Positions 20,987-29,624 of a stretch of DNA of 64,000 nucleotides are shown here, piece by piece; position 1 is the first letter of the stretch; each line of letters opens with the position of its first letter. The position numbers and the translations under genes were made by a program. This DNA is from Candidatus Doudnabacteria bacterium (lineage in GTDB: Bacteria > Patescibacteriota > Doudnabacteria > UBA920), in assembly GCA_963768175.1 (NCBI GenBank), contig CAVYGQ010000001.1:638305-702304 (forward strand), written 5' to 3'. The notes beneath the pieces were generated by a model. The model was not told the DNA's origin. It saw only the letters and a program-made list of their open reading frames with translations, and ran no database searches.

Positions 20987-21184
20987 GTGCAGATTAGCCC
21001 CGAAGTCCTAAAAGACCGTTTCAAGGTTCCGCCCTCAGTGCCGGACGACCACGTGGTTGTTCAAGACCGATCGCAGTCTGGCTGGAGGCTAATGGCTCCG
21101 ACACGCAATCCGGGCGCACAGCCGGTTGCCAAGCTCCCTCTCCACAGTGGCAGGTCGCCGATGTACGGCCACCATCTCCACTAA
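20987..21184 (+). CDS. Hypothetical small protein
   Basis: AAAGGAG Shine-Dalgarno before GTG 20987; followed by a terminator-like hairpin. Confidence 0.6.
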   Translation: MQISPEVLKDRFKVPPSVPDDHVVVQDRSQSGWRLMAPTRNPGAQPVAKLPLHSGRSPMYGHHLH

Positions 21185-21249
21185 TCTACAACACGCATCA
21201 CGCGCCACAACGCAAACAGCGCAGGACCTGGAGGTACCCTGCGCTGTTT
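21183..21249 (+). repeat. Left copy of a ~66-bp direct repeat containing a terminator-like hairpin
   Basis: Aligns with 24644-24708. Confidence 0.8.
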
Positions 21250-21667
21250 AATTTGATGTAAAACTTTCCTTAATAGCGGTTTTTTGGTAAAATAAAGGTA
21301 CAATCTGCGCCTAAACCTTGAGAATATCCGGGCATGGCAAAGCTACTCCGGTAGCAAACCAATACAGGTAAAGAAACCCTCGTCAGGGTTCCTGTATTGG
21401 TCGTGCGGGGAAACTCGCGCGTTCGGCCCGAAAGGGTCGAGCTCCTGGCGGGGGCTTTTTTGTATCCAAAATTAATTATTAGAAGCTATGCCCAAATATA
21501 AAATCGACATCTGGTTTGATCAAAAACCCAAAAAAATACACTTAGGGTCTGTTGCTGTTGAGGCGAAAAATGAAGAAGAGGCCTATAAAATTGCATGCCT
21601 AAAAACTGAGCACTGGATGGTAGGGAAAGTAGAAAAAGATCAATAAAAATGGGCGAAAACTCGTTCC

Positions 21668-21696
21668 TTGACAAACCAATAAAACTTTGATATAAT
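21668..21696 (+). promoter_or_regulatory. Consensus sigma70 promoter of the DGR target gene
   Basis: TTGACA-17 bp-TATAAT with extended TG. Confidence 0.8.
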
Positions 21697-21843
21697 GTAA
21701 GGTCTCAAAAATAACGAGACTTGCGCTTTACAATCCTTCACTAATCAAAGGATAATAAAGTGCTTGTCTTGTTTTGAAAAAGATGAGACCGTGTCCTTGC
21801 GGCCCAAGGATGTCTTACAGAACCTACACAATTCGAAAGGAGG

Positions 21844-22710
21844 ATGCTGACGATGACTACCTCATCGCTCCCATCCGATCTCAATGTTCCGGCATCCCCG
21901 GAGCAAATTCGCGACGTCCGTAACACAACCGAGGTTGCGCTGGAAAAAGGGAAGTTTTTCAAACCCGAACTCCACGCAATCCATTCGCACGGCGATCTGT
22001 ACATCCCGGCCTATCAGGAATTCGCCCACGCTTTCGCTCTGCGAATGATGACTCCGACGTTCGACCTCGCTGGTGCGCTCACTCTGCTCGGCCAGACCAA
22101 TCTGGTGACGCACGAGCAGAATTCGGCCACCTTCAGCCAGCCGTCCCCCAAAGGACAGATTGTGGCTTGCCCGAACATGGCGCAGATTCAGGAGTGCGCT
22201 GGCCAGAACAAGGCCGGAAAGCACAAGTGGATCCTCGCCTATGGGTCGACCCAGTCGTTCCGCAGCCAGCATTCCACGCTCGGCACCGACACCAATCACA
22301 AGCCGAACTACTACCCCGGCGTCGACTGGTTCCTGAAGCCCAACTATAAGGAAGTGGGCGACAGCAAGCCGGAAGCCGGGTACTACCTGCTCGACATGAC
22401 CCCGCGGTGGAATCTCACCAACTGGCAACAGCAGGAGGACAACATCGCCGCATTGGGTGAAGACTACGAGCGCGCCGACGAGCGCGTGTTTGCCCAAGCG
22501 GTGCTGGCGCACCAGAAGACTACCGGCCAGCGGCTGTTTAACGACAAGTGGCACTGGGGTCGCATTCTCGACTCCCGCGGGTTTCGCGTCTGCGTCGAGC
22601 TCCACTCGGTTGGGCTCCTCGTCTTCGACGTTCCTCCGTCCTACGGCGACCGCGACCTCTTGTACGTCTGCGTTGCCCGGAAGTCCCGCGATCGTGCCTT
22701 GATAGCTTGA
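21844..22710 (+). CDS. DGR target (variable) protein with C-terminal VR
   Basis: The 3' end contains the VR matching the TR; AGGAGG spacing favours a start at 21853; no signal peptide seen. Confidence 0.9.
   Translation: MLTMTTSSLPSDLNVPASPEQIRDVRNTTEVALEKGKFFKPELHAIHSHGDLYIPAYQEFAHAFALRMMTPTFDLAGALTLLGQTNLVTHEQNSATFSQPSPKGQIVACPNMAQIQECAGQNKAGKHKWILAYGSTQSFRSQHSTLGTDTNHKPNYYPGVDWFLKPNYKEVGDSKPEAGYYLLDMTPRWNLTNWQQQEDNIAALGEDYERADERVFAQAVLAHQKTTGQRLFNDKWHWGRILDSRGFRVCVELHSVGLLVFDVPPSYGDRDLLYVCVARKSRDRALIA
22565..22685 (+). repeat. DGR variable repeat (VR)
   Basis: 121-bp ungapped match to the reverse complement of 24185-24305; 18 mismatches, all opposite TR adenines. Confidence 0.97.
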
Positions 22711-22750
22711 GGACTAGAGGCTCTTGTATTTTGAGCCTTGAACCCTTGAG

Positions 22751-22781
22751 GGGAGGCTTCACGTCCTACGTGAAGCCTCCC
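22751..22781. promoter_or_regulatory. Hairpin downstream of VR (DGR cis-acting homing hairpin and/or terminator)
   Basis: Perfect 14-bp stem GGGAGGCTTCACGT-cct-ACGTGAAGCCTCCC followed by T runs. Confidence 0.75.
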
Positions 22782-22788
22782 GAAATTT

Positions 22789-23784
22789 TTATTTTTTCGG
22801 CATTTCACTTTGCAACCAAAACTCATTCTTTAAACTTTCTCCAAAATCATGGGCATTGCAATGAGATAGCACCCCTAAATACGATTGTAGAGATTGCTCA
22901 TTAATCCCTTTAGCTGATTTATTAAAAATTCTTTGCTTAGTTTTGTTCCTCAAAATCCTGAATTTGGGAAACTGAATATAGCCAAGAAAATCAACTCCCT
23001 GATGGTATTTTCGTAACGTTAGTTTATGAGGGTGGATATCAAGCTTGAGCCGCTCCCGTAAAAACAGCTTTATCCATTCTAACAAGGACAAAAGTTTTTC
23101 AGGCGAATCTGAAACCAGAACAAAATCATCGGTATAGCGAACATAAAAAGGGACTTTCAGTTTGTGTTTAACAAATCTGTCCAGTTCATTCAAATAAATA
23201 TTGGCAAAGACCTGGCTAGTCAGATTGCCTATGGGTACGCCATAAGGAAAACTGTCCACGACTTCACGGATTAGCCACATGGCATCGACATCTTTAATTT
23301 TTTGGCCAATAATAGAAATCAAAATATCATGATCAACCGAACGAAAAAACTGTCTAACATCACACTTAAGCACAAAGCAGGGCTTAGTATTATTTTTGCT
23401 GGCTTTACGCAATATGCTTTTAAGCGCTTCCACGCCCTTGTGCGTGCCTTTGCCCTTTTGACAGGAAAAAGAATTGGGAATAAAGGTCTCTTCAAAAATG
23501 GGATTCAAAACAGCAAAAATGGCATGATGGATAAGCCGGTCGCGCACTCTGGCTTTGTGGATGTTCCTTTGTTTGGGATCCTGGATAAAAAAGGAAGAAT
23601 AAGGCGCATGCTTGTATCTTTTTGACTTTAATTCGTCACGCAAATCAAAAATGTTCTGCTCCAATGAAAACTCAAAAGCCATTACATCGCTGCGTTTGGT
23701 CTTTCCCTTGCGAAATGCCTGCCAGGAGTTAAACAGATTTTCCGCACTGGTTATTTTGCTAAAAATATCTTTATAGATTTTCAT
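22789..23784 (-). CDS. DGR reverse transcriptase
   Basis: RDRLIHHA, GKGTH, LKCDVRQFF, GVPIGNLTSQVFANIYL, YVRYTDDF, GVDFLGY. Confidence 0.96.
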   Translation of the reverse strand: MKIYKDIFSKITSAENLFNSWQAFRKGKTKRSDVMAFEFSLEQNIFDLRDELKSKRYKHAPYSSFFIQDPKQRNIHKARVRDRLIHHAIFAVLNPIFEETFIPNSFSCQKGKGTHKGVEALKSILRKASKNNTKPCFVLKCDVRQFFRSVDHDILISIIGQKIKDVDAMWLIREVVDSFPYGVPIGNLTSQVFANIYLNELDRFVKHKLKVPFYVRYTDDFVLVSDSPEKLLSLLEWIKLFLRERLKLDIHPHKLTLRKYHQGVDFLGYIQFPKFRILRNKTKQRIFNKSAKGINEQSLQSYLGVLSHCNAHDFGESLKNEFWLQSEMPKK

Positions 23785-23786
23785 AT

Positions 23787-24164
23787 ATGAACGAATTCGA
23801 TGTTCCAATTTTTAAAAAGTCGTATGATTTATACAAAGAGTTTTATATTTGTTTAAAAACTTTCCCAAAGCAGGACAGATATTCTTTAGGCCAGAAAAGT
23901 GAAACTGTTTTAACGGAAATTTTAGAGTGCTTGCTGACAGCCACCGGCCTGCCCAAAGCGGAAAAGTTACCTTACTTGGATAAGGCCAGTGGCAAGCTCA
24001 ATATTTTACGGATTTATATGCGTCTGGCCAAAGACATTAAGGCTATGGATAACAAAAGATATATTTTCTTTCAGGACTCGGTAGACGAAATAGGCAGGAT
24101 GCTGGGCGGCTGGAAAAAATCTGTTCAGGTTTTACAACAACCAGACCTACCTCTTAAGAGGTAG
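23787..24164 (+). CDS. avd: DGR accessory variability determinant (Avd, four-helix bundle)
   Basis: FPKQDRYSLGQK...EIGRMLGGWKK; 125 aa, basic, between RT and TR. Confidence 0.9.
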   Translation: MNEFDVPIFKKSYDLYKEFYICLKTFPKQDRYSLGQKSETVLTEILECLLTATGLPKAEKLPYLDKASGKLNILRIYMRLAKDIKAMDNKRYIFFQDSVDEIGRMLGGWKKSVQVLQQPDLPLKR

Positions 24165-24171
24165 GTCTGGT
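24140..24171. repeat. Perfect 32-bp palindrome at the avd stop, just 3' of TR
   Basis: ACCAGACCTACCTCTTAAGAGGTAGGTCTGGT equals its own reverse complement. Confidence 0.9.
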
Positions 24172-24184
24172 AAAAAAACGATGA

Positions 24185-24305
24185 GACTTCCGGGCAACGC
24201 AGACGTACAAGTTGTCGTTGTCGCCGTAGGACGGATGATCGTTGTTGACGTTGAGCCCATCCGAGTTGAGCTTGACGCAGACGCGATACCCGTTGGAGTT
24301 GAGAA
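24185..24305 (-). ncRNA. DGR template repeat (TR)
   Basis: AAC-rich (8 AAC codons in the VR frame), non-coding, same strand as RT. Confidence 0.97.
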
Positions 24306-24570
24306 ATTGCCTGTTTCCGTCCGTGATCACTGGAAAATGTAAGGCTTACTGCCTTTTGAGGGGCCTATACCCTTTCCTTTCCTGTATTTAACTTGGGAGT
24401 AGCCCCAACCTAACGCCGGGGCATCTCCGCTAGAAACAGACAAGAAGTATCACCGCAATCAATATTCGCACGCTACTGCATCCCGTAAGATGCAATACTC
24501 TGGCGCTCCAAAGATTGGAAACCCCGCGAGTTTGAACTGTAGCTCAAACTGCATGAGCAGGATTAAGCTT

Positions 24571-24599
24571 ATTTTAAAAATTCTAGGGCAATCTGTCAA
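24571..24599 (-). promoter_or_regulatory. Sigma70 promoter for the TR/RT transcript
   Basis: Minus-strand TTGACA-17 bp-TAAAAT, about 265 nt upstream of TR. Confidence 0.75.
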
Positions 24600-24643
24600 T
24601 TAGTAGCGGTTCTAAAAAATAACATTGGCCGCTGCATAACCTG

Positions 24644-24708
24644 AATCTGCAACGCGCATTTTGCGCACAATGCGAACAGCGCGGGACATGGAGGACCCCG
24701 CGCTGTTT
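24644..24708 (+). repeat. Right copy of the ~66-bp direct repeat
   Basis: Aligns with 21183-21249, with a compensatory stem change. Confidence 0.8.
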
Positions 24709-24776
24709 TTATTATCATCCATAATCATTGCCTTTCCGCCGGTTTATTAATGTTTTATCATTCACTAAAAAATAAA

Positions 24777-25604
24777 ATGCAACAGCAACTTGAAAAGTTT
24801 GGAATATACTTATTAGTGCAAAGAGGCCTGCAACCCTATACTATATTTGGCTACCAAGGAGGTGTTAGTAGGTTTTTGCGGCAAGTGACAACAATCAATC
24901 CCAATGTCAGCCAAGTCGAGGGTTATATCGCCCAAATGAGGCAGCAGGGCAGTTCCTACAGTCATGTGGTTAACACTTCGCTGGCCATAGAACGATATAT
25001 GGATTTTCTTGGGACTCCTTTTAAATTAGGCCGCCCCAAAAAACCCAAGCGTACCATTAAAGAAACTCTCAGCGAGGCTGAAATAGCCCGTTTAATCGGA
25101 ATGTGCAAAAATATTCGGGAGCGGGCTATTTTAGTGGTATTGGCCTATTCCGGCATCAGGAACAAGGAGTTATGTAATTTGACTGTTTCTGATATTAATT
25201 TTTCTAACCAAAGCATTTATATCAAAGGGGGCAAAGGCAGTAAGGATAGAATTGCTTGCATCCCTCCGGAGTGCTTAGCTATCCTAATGGAATATTTACA
25301 GGCTTACCCAAGGGCACAGACTGATCGCTTATTTACCACGCTAGTAAAACAAAAATTTTATGCCGCTGGTGATTTAAGAAAACTGGTCAAGGTAGTGGCC
25401 AAACGTATGAATTTTAGCAAGCGGGTCTATCCTCACCTGTTTCGGCATTCTTTGGCCACTAATATGCTGGATTGGGGCGCTGCCATTCACTCCATCCAAC
25501 AGCAACTTGGCCATGCTTACATGGAAACTACCATGATCTATTTGCATCCGTCTTTGAGACGATTACGTAATGAGTATTTGTTTTATGTGCCAAATTATGT
25601 TTGA
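24777..25604 (+). CDS. XerC/D-like tyrosine recombinase
   Basis: YSGIRNKEL, GGKGSKDR, HLFRHSLAT, LGHAYMETTMIY. Confidence 0.93.
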   Translation: MQQQLEKFGIYLLVQRGLQPYTIFGYQGGVSRFLRQVTTINPNVSQVEGYIAQMRQQGSSYSHVVNTSLAIERYMDFLGTPFKLGRPKKPKRTIKETLSEAEIARLIGMCKNIRERAILVVLAYSGIRNKELCNLTVSDINFSNQSIYIKGGKGSKDRIACIPPECLAILMEYLQAYPRAQTDRLFTTLVKQKFYAAGDLRKLVKVVAKRMNFSKRVYPHLFRHSLATNMLDWGAAIHSIQQQLGHAYMETTMIYLHPSLRRLRNEYLFYVPNYV

Positions 25605-25866
25605 AAGGGATATGAGTTAATCTATGACGCCTGCCTAATTCGGATTCGGATCGGGTGGGCGTTTCTTTATTACAGAATGGTTTTTATTGTGCCTAAATGG
25701 TAATATGAAAATAGGGCTTTACATAGTAAAAACCTAAACTTTGCTTTTTTCTTACCTTTTCTTTGATTTAATTTTACCTGCTCTTGATATAATTCTTACA
25801 GGCACGATTTTGAAGGATCTAAGGTCGAGGAATCCGAAACAAAAATATCTACTACAGGAGAACGAA

Positions 25867-25989
25867 ATGACAAGAGGCTTAGAGAAAATTTTAGAAGAAT
25901 TGCTAACTGAAAAATCTTCTAGAAACAAAGCTAAAATTCAGTTGCTGGCTACCAACCAAGAAGCTTTTTTGGCTTGGGAGTCAGTTTAG
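25867..25989 (+). CDS. 40-aa peptide with a Trp four residues from the C-terminus (candidate precursor)
   Basis: AGGAG Shine-Dalgarno; MTRGLEKILEELLTEKSSRNKAKIQLLATNQEAFLAWESV; 13 nt before the kinase. Confidence 0.7.
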   Translation: MTRGLEKILEELLTEKSSRNKAKIQLLATNQEAFLAWESV

Positions 25990-26002
25990 TTTTTGCGCAA
26001 AA

Positions 26003-27447
26003 ATGGACGCTCATTTAAACAATTGGTTTGGGAGCAAACTAGCCCCCGTTTATAACCTCTTTAAAAAGAGCGTCCATTTTTTGTTTGTCAAATTACTTGA
26101 ACCCAAAACGCGACATGAAGATTCCAAGCGCAGGGAGTTTATTTTAAATATCATATTGTTTGGCTCTGTTGTTATGCTGTTTGTTCTGGATGCTTTTGTA
26201 CTTTATTACAGGTTAAAATTGGGAAACCAGGATAAAGGAATTTCTTTTAGCGCTTTCTCTTTGATTTTGCTGGGTTTTATTACGCTTTATGCTTTGTCCC
26301 GTTTCGGAAAATTTATATTGGCCGCTTATCTGTTTATCGCGGTTTATTTTTTAGCCAATAGCTATGCCGCATACCATTGGGGAGTTGACTTGCAGGCAGT
26401 GCTGCTTGGCTACGCTCTGCTGATTGTAATATCCAGCGTACTGATTAGTACTCTTTTTGGATTCTTGCTAACCACGTTAATTAGCGCATATTGTATTCCT
26501 TTATGGTATCTGCAAATTACCAGCCAGGTAACCGCTAGCTGGTATTGGAAGACTGACTTTAAATTTATTCAGGTGATAACGTTCTGTGTTATTTTTTTCG
26601 TCATCATGATTGTCTCCTGGCTTTCCAACCGGGAGATAGAAAAGTCATTACACCGGGCGCGAAAGTCCGAAGCCGAGTTAAAAAAAGAAAGGGATTTACT
26701 GGAAGTCAAAGTGGAAGAGCGCACGCAGGAGCTTAAAAAAACGCAGGCTGAAAAAATGTCACAGCTTTATCGTTTTTCGGAATTTGGCCGACTGTCTTCC
26801 GGAATATTTCACGATTTGATAAATCCTTTAACGGCACTGGCCATTAGCTTTAAACAATTGCAGGACACTAAAAATCAGGACCTGGAACAGGCTGAGCAGA
26901 ATCTCGAAAATGGTTTGGTAGCGGCCAGACGGATGGAAAGTTTTATCCAGACTATCCGAAAACAACTTTCCCACCAGGAAACCAAAGTTTCTTTTTCGCT
27001 GAATGAAGAAGCCCACGGTGTTGTGCAACTGTTTGAATATAAAGCCCGCCACGCCAAAGTCACCTTGCATTTTGTCCGCCAGCATGACGTCCAGACTTTT
27101 GGCGATCCGTTAAAATTCCATCAGATCGTGTCCAATCTGGTTTCCAACGGCATCGACGCTTATGACGGCATCCCGCCGGAAACAAACAAGGAACATGTGG
27201 TGGAAATTCGCCTTGCCCAGCATCGGGACATTGCGCGTTTGGAAGTCCAGGATCGGGACAGGGCATCAAGCCTGAAATTTTAGGGAAAATCTTTGACCCG
27301 TTCTTTACCACTAAAGATACAGAAAAAGGCACAGGCATCGGCCTTACCACCACAAAAAATATTACGGAAAAAGATTTTGCCGGAACCATTACTGTGGCGA
27401 GCAAGCCCGGCTATGGATCTACGTTCATTGTGGAATTCGTTGTATAA
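26003..27447 (+). CDS. Multi-TM sensor histidine kinase (frameshift at about 27256)
   Basis: About 6 TM segments; H-box FHDLINPL; N-box NLVSNGIDA; the G/F boxes (GQGI, IFDPFFTTK, GTGIGL) continue in another frame after a GGG run. Confidence 0.9.
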
Positions 27448-27452
27448 AAAAC

Positions 27453-29405
27453 ATGCAAAACAAAATAGAAAAAACTACTTATCAGGCATTGTTATTCCTG
27501 GCCGGACAGCAAAAACGCAACGGCGGGTTTTTGAACTTAACATCGGCTGACAAAAACGGGTTCGGAAACGCCAAAACTTACCCAACCACTTTTTTTACGG
27601 CCAATATTTTAAATTGCTTAAACTCGCTGCCCGGTTCATCGCTTGCAGACTCGGTCAGGAAAAAAGCCGCCAGATTTTTGTTGTTTGAAAAAGGTAAGTT
27701 CTGGTCGTTCAATTACTGGCAACGCAATTCCGCGGAAGCAAAACTTATGCCTTATCCCGATGACCTGGACGATACCGCCTGCGCGCTGGCGGCTTTGGCG
27801 GACTTTAATCCAAAGCTCATTACAGGCAAAGCTCTGTCCAATGTTGTCAAAATTCTGACTGCTGCGGAAACAAAACCCGGCGGACCCTATAAGACCTGGC
27901 TGACGGATGGAAAAGCCAAAAAAGTCTGGCAGGACGTGGACCTTGCGGTAAACGCTAATATCGCGCATTTTCTGTCCATGCAAAAAACCGAACTGCCAAA
28001 TTTAACAGGACTTTTCGATAACGCGATCAAAGCTAACAAATTTGAATCTTCCTATTACCCCGATATTTTTCCGGTTGTTTATTTTATTTCACGTAACTAC
28101 AAAGGGTGTCAAAACAAAAGACTATCCAGTTATTTGCGATCCAGACGCCTGCCAAATTTTTCCTGGGGCAATCCGTTAAACACGGCGTTGGCTGTTTCTT
28201 CCCTAGTAAATTTAGGCTTCCATAAATCTCACGAGTTGGAAAAAAGTATCGGGTACCTGCTTGATAATTTTAATGGTAAATCCTGGCAAACCAACGCTTT
28301 CTGTCTTGACCCTGCCCGTAAAGGCCGGGCGCATTTTGCCGGTTCGCCAGCCCTGACAACGGCTTTCTGCCTTGAGGCAATGCATAAATATTTATTTTTA
28401 CAAAAACAATCTCATCGACAAGCAGTAACAGGGAGGGTGTTTAGCCCGCAGGAAGGCATACTTTATCGGAAAGTCGTCAGTCTGGCAAAAAATAGATTCT
28501 CCGCCCTATCGCCTGAAGTCAAAAATTCCGCGCTACAAATTTTTGAACAGACCATTGCAAAAGATACTGACCGACAGATTATACTTTTGCCTTTTTGGTT
28601 CAGGCAGGCTATGGGAGAAAATGGAAAACCCGTTACGGACGAACAAATCGCCGATTTAGGCCTGGCAAACTTATATGGCTGGATTGCTTACAGTATTTAT
28701 GACGATTTTTTTGATGGCGAGGGTAAAATAGAACTCCTGCCAGCAGCCAACATTAGCCTCAGGGAAGTGACAACTTTTTACTCGCAACTGCTGGGACATA
28801 ACAAAGATAACTATAAAATTGTCCAAAGAATTTTAGATAACATTGAAGCCGCAAACGCATGGGAAAGCCGCCATTGCAGGGGCGAGGCCGCAAATGGTCG
28901 GCTGGTGGTTCCCAAACATTTGCCGGATTTTAAGAACTTGCGGCAACTGGCGGACAAAAGTCTTGGCCACGCCTTGGGGCCAATCGCAATTTTAATACTG
29001 CTGAATTTTAAACACAACTCCCGGCAAATCAAAAACCTCATTTCATTTTTTACCCACTATCTCATTGCCCGCCAGCTGAATGACGATGCGCACGACTGGC
29101 TGGAAGATTTGCGTGCGGGCAGAATCAACAGCATTGGCGTGGAGGTGCTGGCGAACTTTGACAAAAAAACTTTTAATTTCCAGCGCGACGAACGAAAACT
29201 GCAAAAGCTGTTCTGGAATGAGGTACTGCCGCATGTTGCGCAAAACATTTTTAAACACACTAAATTAGCCAGGCTGGCATTAGCACATATTGGAATTATT
29301 GAGAAACCGGATTCGCTTTTGAACCTGCTGAACAGACCGGAAGCGGCCGCCAGACAGGCATTGGAAGAAGCTAAAAAGATGCGGGATTTTTTATCAAGCT
29401 ATTGA
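27453..29405 (+). CDS. Fused class II terpene-cyclase/prenyltransferase domain and class I isoprenoid-synthase (ComQ-like) domain
   Basis: N-terminal half YPDDLDDTA (DxDDTA) with QW-like repeats; C-terminal half IYDDFFD (DDxxD) and QLNDDAHDWLED. Confidence 0.75.
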   Translation: MQNKIEKTTYQALLFLAGQQKRNGGFLNLTSADKNGFGNAKTYPTTFFTANILNCLNSLPGSSLADSVRKKAARFLLFEKGKFWSFNYWQRNSAEAKLMPYPDDLDDTACALAALADFNPKLITGKALSNVVKILTAAETKPGGPYKTWLTDGKAKKVWQDVDLAVNANIAHFLSMQKTELPNLTGLFDNAIKANKFESSYYPDIFPVVYFISRNYKGCQNKRLSSYLRSRRLPNFSWGNPLNTALAVSSLVNLGFHKSHELEKSIGYLLDNFNGKSWQTNAFCLDPARKGRAHFAGSPALTTAFCLEAMHKYLFLQKQSHRQAVTGRVFSPQEGILYRKVVSLAKNRFSALSPEVKNSALQIFEQTIAKDTDRQIILLPFWFRQAMGENGKPVTDEQIADLGLANLYGWIAYSIYDDFFDGEGKIELLPAANISLREVTTFYSQLLGHNKDNYKIVQRILDNIEAANAWESRHCRGEAANGRLVVPKHLPDFKNLRQLADKSLGHALGPIAILILLNFKHNSRQIKNLISFFTHYLIARQLNDDAHDWLEDLRAGRINSIGVEVLANFDKKTFNFQRDERKLQKLFWNEVLPHVAQNIFKHTKLARLALAHIGIIEKPDSLLNLLNRPEAAARQALEEAKKMRDFLSSY

Positions 29406-29436
29406 CCACAGATTAAACAAAAAGGAGGAACAGGAG

Positions 29437-29553
29437 ATGAGATTGCTGTTATTCTTAATTCTCTTAGCCGGTGAAGGGTTGAGAAGCCTGTTCAGGCCAT
29501 ATCACCCTCCGCCAAAGCACCAGCGCCGCTGGGCATTCTTCGACATAGACTGA
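29437..29553 (+). CDS. Putative 38-aa small protein
   Basis: AAAGGAGG upstream; MRLLLFLILLAGEGLRSLFRPYHPPPKHQRRWAFFDID. Confidence 0.4.
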   Translation: MRLLLFLILLAGEGLRSLFRPYHPPPKHQRRWAFFDID

Positions 29554-29624
29554 AGAGCAACCAGAAAAGCCGCGGGTAATTGGTTTTTACCCGCGGCTGT
29601 CTTTCTATTGCCAAAATTTAATTT

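Noticed and set aside
21335-21400. c-di-GMP-I riboswitch
   Set aside because: GCAAA/GAAA words are present, but I could not fit the two-stem consensus; kept as an unknown structured RNA.
22789-23784. RT as a group II intron or retron
   Set aside because: No maturase/endonuclease extension seen; the GNLTSQ motif, avd and an adenine-specific TR/VR pair identify a DGR.
25741-25866. 82-aa version of the peptide ORF from the TTG at 25741
   Set aside because: The Shine-Dalgarno lies before ATG 25867, and the upstream part looks like promoter/leader sequence.
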